DNA from: Alphaproteobacteria bacterium
Lineage (GTDB): Bacteria > Pseudomonadota > Alphaproteobacteria > Micavibrionales > SZUA-601
NCBI GenBank assembly: GCA_965246875.1
Contig: CBDFFU010000006.1
Coordinates: 353,938 to 417,937 of the forward strand
Reading direction: 5' to 3'
DNA: 64,000 nt
The translations under genes were made by a program, and so were the position numbers. Below are positions 9,818-19,023 of the stretch, one piece after another; positions within the stretch are counted from its first letter, which is position 1, and each line of letters starts with the position of its first letter. The notes under the pieces were generated by a model. The model ran no database searches, had not been told where the DNA came from, and saw only the letters and a program-made list of their open reading frames with translations.

Positions 9818-10189
9818 ATGGCCCAAACGAAAAAACCACCGACCCAGCGGCAATTGCGCGTGGGCGAAGCGATCCGTCACATTCTGGCGCGTTGCATGAT
9901 CCGTGATGAGACCGGGCATCCAACCTTATCCGGCCAGTCGATCACCGTGACCGAGGTTGAGGTTGGTGCCGATATGCGTCACGCCACCGCCTATGTGACC
10001 CCCCTTGGTGGTGGTGAGATCAAAAACGATGTGCTGGCAGCGTTGAATGAAGTCGCGCCACATTTCAGCCACCTGGTGGCACAAGGCCTGACCATGAAAT
10101 ATTCACCGCGCGTGCGTTTCACGTATGACGAACGTTTCGATTATGCCGATAAAATCAACAAACTGTTGATCAACGCTGATAAGAAATAA
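9818..10189 (+). CDS. rbfA: Ribosome-binding factor A
   Basis: QRQLRVGEAIRH, ITVTEV...DMRHATAYV, KYSPRVRF..D. Confidence 0.95.
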   Translation: MAQTKKPPTQRQLRVGEAIRHILARCMIRDETGHPTLSGQSITVTEVEVGADMRHATAYVTPLGGGEIKNDVLAALNEVAPHFSHLVAQGLTMKYSPRVRFTYDERFDYADKINKLLINADKK

Positions 10190-10194
10190 CGAGC

Positions 10195-10620
10195 GTGCAT
10201 TATTACATTGAACCCGAGATTGCAGGGGAATTGGGTGAACACACCGTGCTTGATACGTCTGTGCATCCGCCGCGTGTCAGTCATCTGCACTACCAGCTGG
10301 ATGGTTTATCGGGCGACGACATCCTGGAAACCTTTCCATGTTTTATTGTCACGAAACGGCTGAAACGCTTTATCGAAGGCGGCGCCTATTCGGGTGCCAC
10401 GTTTTCCGGCGTTGAAGTCAGTAAGTCTCTAGACTTCGCCGAGCGACATCCCAAGATGATTTTGCCTGAATTTTACTGGCTTCAACCGCATGGCCGAGCT
10501 GGCGTGGATGACTTTGGCCTTGCAGATGATGCGCGTTTGGTGATTTCTGCGCAAATGGTTCACGCACTGCGCAACCAGTTTCAAATTAAAGGAGCGGATC
10601 TGCACAAATATGAGGATTGA
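10195..10620 (+). CDS. Conserved hypothetical protein (EPE.AG.LG...HPP...GDD.LE.FPCFIVT type)
   Basis: 141 aa ORF 5 nt after rbfA; motif-rich but function not recognised. Confidence 0.7.
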   Translation: MHYYIEPEIAGELGEHTVLDTSVHPPRVSHLHYQLDGLSGDDILETFPCFIVTKRLKRFIEGGAYSGATFSGVEVSKSLDFAERHPKMILPEFYWLQPHGRAGVDDFGLADDARLVISAQMVHALRNQFQIKGADLHKYED

Positions 10621-10645
10621 GTGATAAACTCTTCTGTTGGTAAAT

Positions 10646-11413
10646 CTATTCCCCAACCAATTCCTGATACGCTTCTGTATCGCTGACCTGGGCCAGAATT
10701 TGGTCGAACGTTTCACCGGACGGCACGGCGGCGATCATGTTGGCTTTGAGCAGGGCAAATTTTTTCATGATGTCTTGATCGATCTGAGCGTAAAGCGGGC
10801 TTTGTGGGTCGGTCATCATGGCCAGGGTTTGCGCCGGGGTTAGTTGTTCATTTTTAGACCGGTACTGCCGCTCTGCGCTGATCGCGTCGTAAATATCGCA
10901 CACTTGCATCAACCGGAAGTGCATCGGCAGATCACCGCCGCCCAGGCCGTGATAGCCTTTGCCATCGGGACGTTCATGATGGTAATAGGCGACTTGTTCC
11001 GCCAGTTCGATCAAAGGGTGTGTGATGCCCGATTTGTCGATACGCGCGGCGCCGTAATCGGTGTGTTTTTTGATTTCGGCAAATTCGTGCGGTTCCAAAC
11101 GGCCCGGTTTTTCCAAAATGTCCAACGGCACGTCCAGCTTGCCGATATCATGCAATTCGGCCGCGAATTTCAGGTTGCGCGCGATGTTATCGCTCAGGCC
11201 CACAAAGCGGGAAAATTCATAGACGTCGTTCGCCACGCGCATGGCGTGAAAATAGGTCGGGCTGCCGACACCTGGCGGCCGAGGCGGGATGGATGGCATG
11301 GCATAGAGGCGTTCCATCTCACGCTGATAGAACCGCATCACCACCGTGTAATGCAGATCATCAGGGCCAAAGGTAAAGTCCAGCAGAGCGTGATCAAAAA
11401 GCGTTTTTATCAT
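10646..11413 (-). CDS. HD-GYP domain protein (putative cyclic dinucleotide phosphodiesterase)
   Basis: H..RVA, LHDIGK, HHERPDGKGYH, DIYDA...R.Y motifs. Confidence 0.9.
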   Translation of the reverse strand: MIKTLFDHALLDFTFGPDDLHYTVVMRFYQREMERLYAMPSIPPRPPGVGSPTYFHAMRVANDVYEFSRFVGLSDNIARNLKFAAELHDIGKLDVPLDILEKPGRLEPHEFAEIKKHTDYGAARIDKSGITHPLIELAEQVAYYHHERPDGKGYHGLGGGDLPMHFRLMQVCDIYDAISAERQYRSKNEQLTPAQTLAMMTDPQSPLYAQIDQDIMKKFALLKANMIAAVPSGETFDQILAQVSDTEAYQELVGE

Positions 11414-11563
11414 GGGATGGCCACAGGCTAAGGAAACTTAATTGTAAATGGGTTTTTGGGCTTGCATAGAGGGGGGTTGCGGCATCTGTGACGGGAAAAT
11501 ACTTGTGAGGCTGCCGTTTCCCGTTTACAGTAACCTTAAGCTTTCCCTGTATAGATGACCCTT

Positions 11564-12907
11564 ATGTCCGTAATCACCCGTTTCGCCCCCAGCCCCACCG
11601 GCAATTTGCAATTGGGCAATATCCGTACTGCGTTGATGGCCTATTTGTTCTGCCGCCACGCCAACGGCAAATATATCTTGCGCATTGACGATACCGACAC
11701 GGAGCGGTCGCGTGATGAATATACAGCGTCGATCAAGCGTGACCTCAGCTGGCTCGGCATCAACTGGGATGATTACCGTCATCAAAAAGGCCGTGAAGGT
11801 GTTTATGACGCGGCGCGCGATAAACTGATTGCATCGGGCCGTTTGTATCCATGCTATGAAACCGAAGACGAATTGGCCTTGCGCCGTAAGGCCGCTTTGG
11901 GTCGTGGCTTGCCGCCGATTTATGACCGCAGCGCGTTGAAACTGACCGACGAGCAGAAAAAAACGTATGACGCAGAGGGTCGCCGTCCGCATTACCGGTT
12001 TTTGCTGCAACATCAGCCGATTATCTGGCACGATATGGTGCGTGGTAAGGTCGAGTTTCACGGCAAAGACATGTCAGACCCGGTGTTGATCCGTGAAGAC
12101 GGGACGGCGTTGTATCATCTGGGTTCGGTCGTTGACGATATCGATTACAACATCACGCACATTGTGCGCGGTGAAGATCATGTATCGAACACCGCCTGTC
12201 ATGTGCAGATGTTTGAAGCACTGGGTGCCACACCACCGACGTTTGCGCATTTGCCATTGGTGTTTGATGCGGATGGCAAGAAATTGTCGAAACGGATTGG
12301 CAGTCTCTCGATTGAAACCTTGCGCACTGAAGAAGGTCTGGAGCCGATTACGATTGCCGCGTTTCTGGCACGTCTGGGAACGTCTGATCCGATCGAGCCG
12401 TTTAAAACGATTGATGGCTTGATCCGGCAATTTGACTTCTCCCGCTTCTCACGGTCTAACCCGCGTTTCCTGGATGAAGAATTATTCCGCTTGAATACGA
12501 AAATTTTGCATCAGATGGAATACGCTGAGGCGCAACCGCGTTTAATGGGTATGGGTTTAAGCGATCTGGACGCAGACTTCTGGACTGTTGCCCGCGCTAA
12601 TATCAATCGCTTTAAAGACATCGAACAATGGTGGCAGGTCGCCAAAGGCCCGGTAACGCCGGTGATCGAAGATGCTGATTTCGCGAAGCAAGCGTTGGCC
12701 TTATTACCCGCCGCGCCGTGGAACGACACGACCTGGACGACATGGGTCGACGCCATCAAAAATAAAACCGGCCGCACCGGTAAAAACCTGTTCATGCCGT
12801 TGCGCCAGGCTTTGACTGGCATGTCTCATGGCCCCGATATGCCGCATTTATTGTTGTTGCTGGGATATGATACCGCAAAGGCGCGATTGATGGGGCAGGC
12901 TGGCTAG
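11564..12907 (+). CDS. gltX: Glutamate--tRNA ligase (second alphaproteobacterial type likely)
   Basis: TRFAPSPTG, LRIDDTD, RGEDH, KLSKR, LFMPLR.ALTG..HGP; HIGH motif reads QLGN. Confidence 0.93.
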   Translation: MSVITRFAPSPTGNLQLGNIRTALMAYLFCRHANGKYILRIDDTDTERSRDEYTASIKRDLSWLGINWDDYRHQKGREGVYDAARDKLIASGRLYPCYETEDELALRRKAALGRGLPPIYDRSALKLTDEQKKTYDAEGRRPHYRFLLQHQPIIWHDMVRGKVEFHGKDMSDPVLIREDGTALYHLGSVVDDIDYNITHIVRGEDHVSNTACHVQMFEALGATPPTFAHLPLVFDADGKKLSKRIGSLSIETLRTEEGLEPITIAAFLARLGTSDPIEPFKTIDGLIRQFDFSRFSRSNPRFLDEELFRLNTKILHQMEYAEAQPRLMGMGLSDLDADFWTVARANINRFKDIEQWWQVAKGPVTPVIEDADFAKQALALLPAAPWNDTTWTTWVDAIKNKTGRTGKNLFMPLRQALTGMSHGPDMPHLLLLLGYDTAKARLMGQAG

Positions 12908-12976
12908 TTTAAGTATTGACTAGACATATTGACATTTCTCGCTATGGCCTTTAGATGGGAAGCAGGGAGAAAAGCT

Positions 12977-13600
12977 ATGGAAACTGAATGTAATATTGAG
13001 ATATTATCCGAGCCTGACAAGCAGCTTGATTGCATTGTTGGCCTGATCTTTCATGAATGCATGCGTGATATTGGTTTGCAGCGCATTCAAATCGATGAAG
13101 TGCATTCTCTTTTTTCGCCATACCGCTGCCGGACTGATGCCGATTGGCAACGGCTGGAAGACCTTGAAGGGCGTTTGTTGATGCCCAGTTACGAAGCTGT
13201 TTATGCAGGGGATTATTCCGTTTCTCAAGCGCAGTCTTATGCGCATACAATGGTGCAAACGACGTTTCAGGCTGTGCGTGACAAAACAGTTCAGCCTGAT
13301 CTGGTGTTAAATCCTCAAAAAGATCCCATCACATTGGATTGCGTCAGGCATTCCTATTATCTGTATCCCTGGCTGGATCTCGAAACGAGACAGTTTTTTC
13401 GTTACAACGCAGAGGGCCATATCGAACAGGCACCATCGCTTGCGTCACAGACACAAATAGGGATTATAGACAGATTAGAGGAGGTCTATGATCAGTTTAA
13501 AGAAGAGCAATCTTTCTTAAACCTCTTCGGGCGTTTTTCGCCCAAGCAAAAATCATTGCAACAGGATATGAAGACCCATCTGCAGGGTTTGAATATCTAA
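12977..13600 (+). CDS. Hypothetical protein (orphan, 207 aa)
   Basis: GGGAG RBS before ATG 12977; TTGACA at 12929; no motif recognised. Confidence 0.7.
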   Translation: METECNIEILSEPDKQLDCIVGLIFHECMRDIGLQRIQIDEVHSLFSPYRCRTDADWQRLEDLEGRLLMPSYEAVYAGDYSVSQAQSYAHTMVQTTFQAVRDKTVQPDLVLNPQKDPITLDCVRHSYYLYPWLDLETRQFFRYNAEGHIEQAPSLASQTQIGIIDRLEEVYDQFKEEQSFLNLFGRFSPKQKSLQQDMKTHLQGLNI

Positions 13601-13602
13601 GT

Positions 13603-14145
13603 ATGAAAATTTATCTGGTCCGGCATGGCGAAACAACGGGCGATATCGAGGATCGCGTGGGCGGATCGTATGATGATCATCTGACGGAAAAAGGCCGCGC
13701 ACAACTGGGTGAGACGGCTATCAAGCTAGCCGGTAAAAACATTGATATTATTTTTTCCAGTCCACTTATTCGGGCCAAAGAGTCAGCTGAAATCATCAAG
13801 CAATCGCTTAATTGTTCCATAGAGATTGTGCAAGCTCTGGCAGAGCGCCATTATGGCGTAATCAGTGGTTTGACGATGACAGACGCACGGGAGAAATACC
13901 CGGACGCCATCGCGCGTCATACTGATCCAACGTATACCCATCCTGATGGTGAAAGCTACCCGGATTTTGATCAGCGCGTGACAGCCGCATTTCAGTCTCT
14001 TTGTACAACAGACTATGCAACCGTTGCGATCGTTGCTCATGGTGGTTCGATCAAATGCGTTTTAAAGTATTTAAAAATGTCTTTGCCTGATAAAATTGGG
14101 GATGGTGAGATTATAGAAGTAAAAATATTACATAATACAAACTAA
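13603..14145 (+). CDS. Histidine phosphatase (phosphoglycerate mutase family)
   Basis: LVRHGET, SSPLIRA, GES, VAHGG motifs. Confidence 0.92.
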   Translation: MKIYLVRHGETTGDIEDRVGGSYDDHLTEKGRAQLGETAIKLAGKNIDIIFSSPLIRAKESAEIIKQSLNCSIEIVQALAERHYGVISGLTMTDAREKYPDAIARHTDPTYTHPDGESYPDFDQRVTAAFQSLCTTDYATVAIVAHGGSIKCVLKYLKMSLPDKIGDGEIIEVKILHNTN

Positions 14146-14236
14146 TAACATTACTATTAATATAAAGACATATTGACAAAAACCCGTTTTATTATTAAAC
14201 ATGCTATACAATAAAAAATAACAGCGGGAGAATGTC

Positions 14237-14830
14237 ATGAATCAAAAATGGGTGGGTATGGGACCTTTGGGAGCGTGTATGCATCCTTTGATGACAGGTG
14301 CGATCAACCTGGATGACGTTAGATTTATTGTTACTACGACGCCTCTGCGTTCTGAAAAAGAACGCCAAATGCTGTTAAAAGGTTATCAGGAAACGATGGC
14401 AAGCATCGCCTAAAAAAAAGAAACCACAAATCCGACAGAGGCAAATTTAAAACAGTTTACCGGCCCACAACGTGCCGAGACAATATTCAATTATTTGTAT
14501 CATTTTAATAAAATTATTGAGCCGAATTTACTGTCGTCACCAAAACAACAGATACATTATTCCGGCTATAGCAAAGCAGATAAAAACGAAGGGGTCTGGA
14601 TAAATCTAAAAAATTCCAAGCGCTATAAATTTGATGAGAATAGACATTTGTACGCTTTTGTTGACAAGCCTTTAGATTCACAAGCGATTCATAATCTCTA
14701 CAATGTGTTTGAAAGCTATCAAGACTTTCAAGACGACAAAAGTTTTCTTGCGACTATGGTTTATCATCAAACAGCAAGACAAAAGCGAGCCGCTGCTAAG
14801 ATGCAGTATAGTCTATTAAATATAGGTTAG
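14237..14830 (+). pseudogene. Orphan ORF of about 197 codons interrupted by one in-frame TAA (14411-14413)
   Basis: GGGAG RBS + ATG 14237 gives a 58 aa ORF; the frame stays open after the TAA and is the same frame as ORF 14495..14830. Confidence 0.6.
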
Positions 14831-14885
14831 TTTTAGCAACCGTTAATTCAGTTTACATTGCGAGAAGTCCTTATAAAATGAGAGC

Positions 14886-16265
14886 ATGACCCAAATCTCC
14901 TTTTACAACACCCGCACCCGCCAAAAAGAAACTTTTACACCGTATGATCCCAAGCGTGTGACGCTTTATGCCTGTGGGCCGACGGTGTATAATTATATTC
15001 ATGTCGGCAATGCGCGGACGAATACCGTGTTTGATACCCTGTATCGTCTGTTGCGGCATGTTTATGGCGCTAATCATGTTGTCTATGCGCGCAATATTAC
15101 CGATGTTGAAGACAAGATCATGGACGCAGCATTGGCGTTGAACGTGCCGATCGACACAATCACGGCACACTACACCACAGCGTTTCAGGACGACACGCGG
15201 CGCATCAATTCATTGGACCCTGATCATCAGCCAAAGGCGACGGAATACCTGCCGCAGATGATTGCGATGGTCGAAGAATTGATCGTCAACGGCCATGCTT
15301 ACACCGCCGAAGGGCATGTCTTGTTTGCTGTGCAATCCTATGCTGACTACGGCAAATTGTCGCGCCACAGCCGCGACGAATTGATCGAAGGCGCGCGCGT
15401 CGAAATTGCACCCTATAAAAAAGACCCCGCCGATTTCGTATTGTGGAAACCGTCAACGGAGACACAGCCGGGCTGGGACAGCCCGTGGGGCCGTGGGCGT
15501 CCCGGCTGGCACATTGAATGCTCGGCGATGGCAACAGATATTCTGGGTGACAATTTTGACATTCATGGGGGTGGACAGGATTTGACCTTTCCGCATCATG
15601 AAAATGAAATCGCGCAAAGCTGCTGCGCCAAGCCGGGATCTGATTTTGCGCGGGTGTGGATGCATACCGGCATGCTGACCGTCAATGCCAAAAAAATGTC
15701 AAAATCGCTGGGTAATTTTCATTTTTTGCGGGATGTGCTGGATGACTATCCCAGCGAGGCTGTGCGCTACGTTTTATTGGCCGCACACTATCGCCAGCCA
15801 TCAGAATTTAGTTTCAATTTGCTGCATGAAGCAAAAGTCATTTTGGATCGCTGGTACCGCGCCATTGACAAAGCGTTGGAGGCACCGGCAACCGCGCCGC
15901 ATCCGGACGTGATCGCCGCGCTTTGCGATGATTTGAATACACCAAAAGCCTATGCCGTGTTGCATGAACTGGTACAGACGATTTACAAAACGGACGACGC
16001 AAGTGAACTGCAAAATCTGGTCGGAACATTGAAAGCCAGTGGCGACATGCTGGGCTTGCTGCAGCAAACACCGCAACAGTGGTTTCAGGGCGTGTCGCAA
16101 GGCGCGAGCGATGACACAGCGAAAATCGAACAGCTTATCGCGGAACGCGTCGCGGCCCGTGTGGCTAAAGATTTTGTCACATCCGACCGCATCCGCGCCG
16201 AACTGGATGCTTTGAAAATTATCGTCGATGATGGTGCAACGGGTACGACTTGGCGTCGTGCGTAA
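14886..16265 (+). CDS. cysS: Cysteine--tRNA ligase
   Basis: [32 protein letters not shown]. Confidence 0.98.
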   Translation: MTQISFYNTRTRQKETFTPYDPKRVTLYACGPTVYNYIHVGNARTNTVFDTLYRLLRHVYGANHVVYARNITDVEDKIMDAALALNVPIDTITAHYTTAFQDDTRRINSLDPDHQPKATEYLPQMIAMVEELIVNGHAYTAEGHVLFAVQSYADYGKLSRHSRDELIEGARVEIAPYKKDPADFVLWKPSTETQPGWDSPWGRGRPGWHIECSAMATDILGDNFDIHGGGQDLTFPHHENEIAQSCCAKPGSDFARVWMHTGMLTVNAKKMSKSLGNFHFLRDVLDDYPSEAVRYVLLAAHYRQPSEFSFNLLHEAKVILDRWYRAIDKALEAPATAPHPDVIAALCDDLNTPKAYAVLHELVQTIYKTDDASELQNLVGTLKASGDMLGLLQQTPQQWFQGVSQGASDDTAKIEQLIAERVAARVAKDFVTSDRIRAELDALKIIVDDGATGTTWRRA

Positions 16266-16267
16266 AG

Positions 16268-17062
16268 ATGCGTGACACCGCGACCCAGTATCACGGCCTG
16301 ACGATCCCAAAGAACAAGCCGGTGATTGTATTGCACCAGCCGCAAATGCCGGAGAATATCGGCATGGTCGCGCGGGCAATGGCGAATTGCGGGTTGCATG
16401 AATTGCGGCTGGTCAAGCCGCGCGACGGCTGGCCGCATGCCAATGCCATTCCTGCTGCATCGGGTGCCCAACAGATTTTGCATGACGCGGTTGTCTATGA
16501 CGATCTGGCCAGTGCGGTGGCGGATCGCAATTTGGTGTTTGGCACCTGTGCGTTTGAACGCGAATTGGTAAAGCCAGTCCTGACGGCGGAAGCCGCTGCC
16601 ACGGCAATCGTCACGGCGGCCCATGCCAAAACCGCTTATGTGTTCGGCCCGGAACGCACCGGCCTGTCAAAAGACGATCTGGCGTTGTGTGATGGCATGA
16701 TCACCATTCCGTTAGACCCGAATTTTGCGTCGCTCAACATTGCGCAATCGGTGTTGCTCGTCAGCTATTGCTGGTGGCAGCAGGCCGTTTTGCAACAACC
16801 GCACCATGTGCCGGATGTATTGAATGTGTTGGCGTTGAATGAATCGGATAGTGCATCACAGGACGAGATCGACAACCTGTACCAACATGCCATCTGGACG
16901 CTGGAGCAAAAAAACTATTTCACTAATCCGCAAAACGAATCCGCCCAACGCCGCAATGCCCGCGCGTTTCTGCAACGGATGCGCTTGACCGTGCAGGAAG
17001 CCCGCAGCGCGCATGGGATGTTGAAAGCGATGCTAGATGGGAAGATGTGGACGAAGGATTAA
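16268..17062 (+). CDS. trmJ: tRNA (C32/U32 2'-O)-methyltransferase TrmJ/LasT family
   Basis: PQMPENIG..ARAMAN, FGPERTGL, SLNIAQSV SPOUT motifs. Confidence 0.85.
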   Translation: MRDTATQYHGLTIPKNKPVIVLHQPQMPENIGMVARAMANCGLHELRLVKPRDGWPHANAIPAASGAQQILHDAVVYDDLASAVADRNLVFGTCAFERELVKPVLTAEAAATAIVTAAHAKTAYVFGPERTGLSKDDLALCDGMITIPLDPNFASLNIAQSVLLVSYCWWQQAVLQQPHHVPDVLNVLALNESDSASQDEIDNLYQHAIWTLEQKNYFTNPQNESAQRRNARAFLQRMRLTVQEARSAHGMLKAMLDGKMWTKD

Positions 17063-17466
17063 CAGTCGTATGTTGGAATAGTATAGCCATCGTCAACGGG
17101 CTGACTGTATGCTGCTGTTACAGCGTGCGATAAATTTTTAAATGATGTTTTCAAATCATTCGGATTAATTTCAACAGCACCTTTAAATTCATGTGTCAGA
17201 TCGACTTTGGTAAAATGATCTTTTGCGTCACCGAAAAAAAACACTGTTTTATGATCGTCTTGACGTACCCACAAGGCAATACGTTTATCGAGTTGGTCTG
17301 TCAGTTGCACAGATGCAACGTCATCTATGGGCTGGCCGGCATGTTTACACTTTTTGACGATCTCACACGCAGGTAGACAAAGCTCGTAGTTGTTTTTCGC
17401 CAGCGCTAGTGCGGCCTGTTGTGCTAATGTGCAACCATTCGGATTAATTTTTTTGAACATGTACAT
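17059..17466 (-). CDS. Hypothetical protein (orphan, 135 aa)
   Basis: GAGGAG RBS before ATG 17466; TTGACA (17512-17507) overlapping the trmFO 3' end. Confidence 0.7.
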   Translation of the reverse strand: MYMFKKINPNGCTLAQQAALALAKNNYELCLPACEIVKKCKHAGQPIDDVASVQLTDQLDKRIALWVRQDDHKTVFFFGDAKDHFTKVDLTHEFKGAVEINPNDLKTSFKNLSHAVTAAYSQPVDDGYTIPTYDC

Positions 17467-17501
17467 TCTCCTCAAGTGAGGATGACATAGCAAACATTAA
17501 A

Positions 17502-18887
17502 CTATATGTCAATATAAATCGCCGCCAGCCAACCTGTCAGATCCGCCTTCGCCCGTTCAGAATAAACCTTTTTCCGATCACGCCCGTGATGCTTTTTCAA
17601 GATTTCAACAGGGGGTAACGGGAACAACCCAAAATTGACATTCATGGGTTGAAATGTTTCGGCATTGGCACCACCGGTGATGTGATGGAGCAGGGCGCCC
17701 ATGGCCGTGGTCAGCGGTGGTGGTATTAGTTCCTCGCCGCGCAATTCGCTAGCGATAAAGCGTCCGGCCAGCAACCCAATGGCTGCCGATTCGACGTAGC
17801 CTTCACAACCCGTGATCTGTCCGGCAAAGCGTACATGCGGCATCACCTTTAGGCGCAATTGTTGATCCAGCAATTTGGGGCTGTTGATAAAGGTGTTGCG
17901 ATGCAACCCACCCAAACGCGCAAACTCGGCATTCTCAAGACCGGGGATCATACGAAACACGCGCGGCTGTTCGCCCCATTTCATTTTCGTTTGAAAGCCG
18001 ACGATATTATACAGTGTGCCCAGCGCATTATCCTGCCGCAATTGCACGATGGCATGCGCACGCTCACCCGTGTGCGGATTGGTCAAACCAACCGGTTTCA
18101 TCGGACCATAGCGCAAGGTTTCCACCCCGCGCGAGGCCATCACTTCAATCGGCATACAGCCTTCGAAATACGGTGTGTTCACTTCCCATTCTTTGAAGTC
18201 GGAATATTCCGAATGCGTCAATTCATGGATCAGCGCCAGATATTGTTCCTTGTTCAGCGGACAGTTGATGTAATCCTTGCCGGTACCCGCCGGGCCTTCC
18301 TTATCATAGCGCGACTGGAACCACGCGACATCCATATTGATGCTGTCGGTATGGACGATCGGTGCAATCGCATCAAAAAACGCCAGTGAATCTTCACCGG
18401 TATGTTTACGGATATCCTCGGCCAGGCCGGATCCTGTCAACGGCCCGGTGGCAATCAGCCACAACGCGCCATCACCGGCGGGCAAGGCTGTGATCTCACC
18501 CGGTTCAAACGTGATCAGCGGGTGATTGTGTAACCGCTGGGTCACCTCTAGTGCAAACGCATCACGGTCAACGGCTAAGGCACCACCGGCGGGAACCTTG
18601 TGAATATCGCCAGCGGTCAGAATAAGTGACCCCATTTGACGCATTTCCCAATGCAGCAGGCCGACGGCATTATATTCGTCATCATCAGAGCGAAAAGAAT
18701 TGGAACAGACCATCTCGGCGCAATGGCCGGTCTGGTGCGCATCGGTTTGCACATGCGGACGCATTTCGTGGATGACAACGGGAATACCCTGTTCCGCCAA
18801 CTGCCAGGCGGCTTCTGATCCGGCCAATCCAGCCCCAACGATATGGACAGGTTTTTGGGTGGTGGTTGCATCAGGTTTTGCTTGCAT
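17502..18887 (-). CDS. trmFO: Methylenetetrahydrofolate--tRNA-(uracil-5)-methyltransferase TrmFO
   Basis: [51 protein letters not shown]. Confidence 0.97.
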   Translation of the reverse strand: MQAKPDATTTQKPVHIVGAGLAGSEAAWQLAEQGIPVVIHEMRPHVQTDAHQTGHCAEMVCSNSFRSDDDEYNAVGLLHWEMRQMGSLILTAGDIHKVPAGGALAVDRDAFALEVTQRLHNHPLITFEPGEITALPAGDGALWLIATGPLTGSGLAEDIRKHTGEDSLAFFDAIAPIVHTDSINMDVAWFQSRYDKEGPAGTGKDYINCPLNKEQYLALIHELTHSEYSDFKEWEVNTPYFEGCMPIEVMASRGVETLRYGPMKPVGLTNPHTGERAHAIVQLRQDNALGTLYNIVGFQTKMKWGEQPRVFRMIPGLENAEFARLGGLHRNTFINSPKLLDQQLRLKVMPHVRFAGQITGCEGYVESAAIGLLAGRFIASELRGEELIPPPLTTAMGALLHHITGGANAETFQPMNVNFGLFPLPPVEILKKHHGRDRKKVYSERAKADLTGWLAAIYIDI

Positions 18888-19023
18888 CGTGTGTGACTTC
18901 TCTTAGAATGCGTGATATTAACGTTTTGTTATCTTTTAAGCGAGTGGGGATGTCATGCCAAGTGCCAAAGGCGACGGGAACGGGATTTATTCAACGACGT
19001 TGCGTCAGGCCCGCACACAGCCC

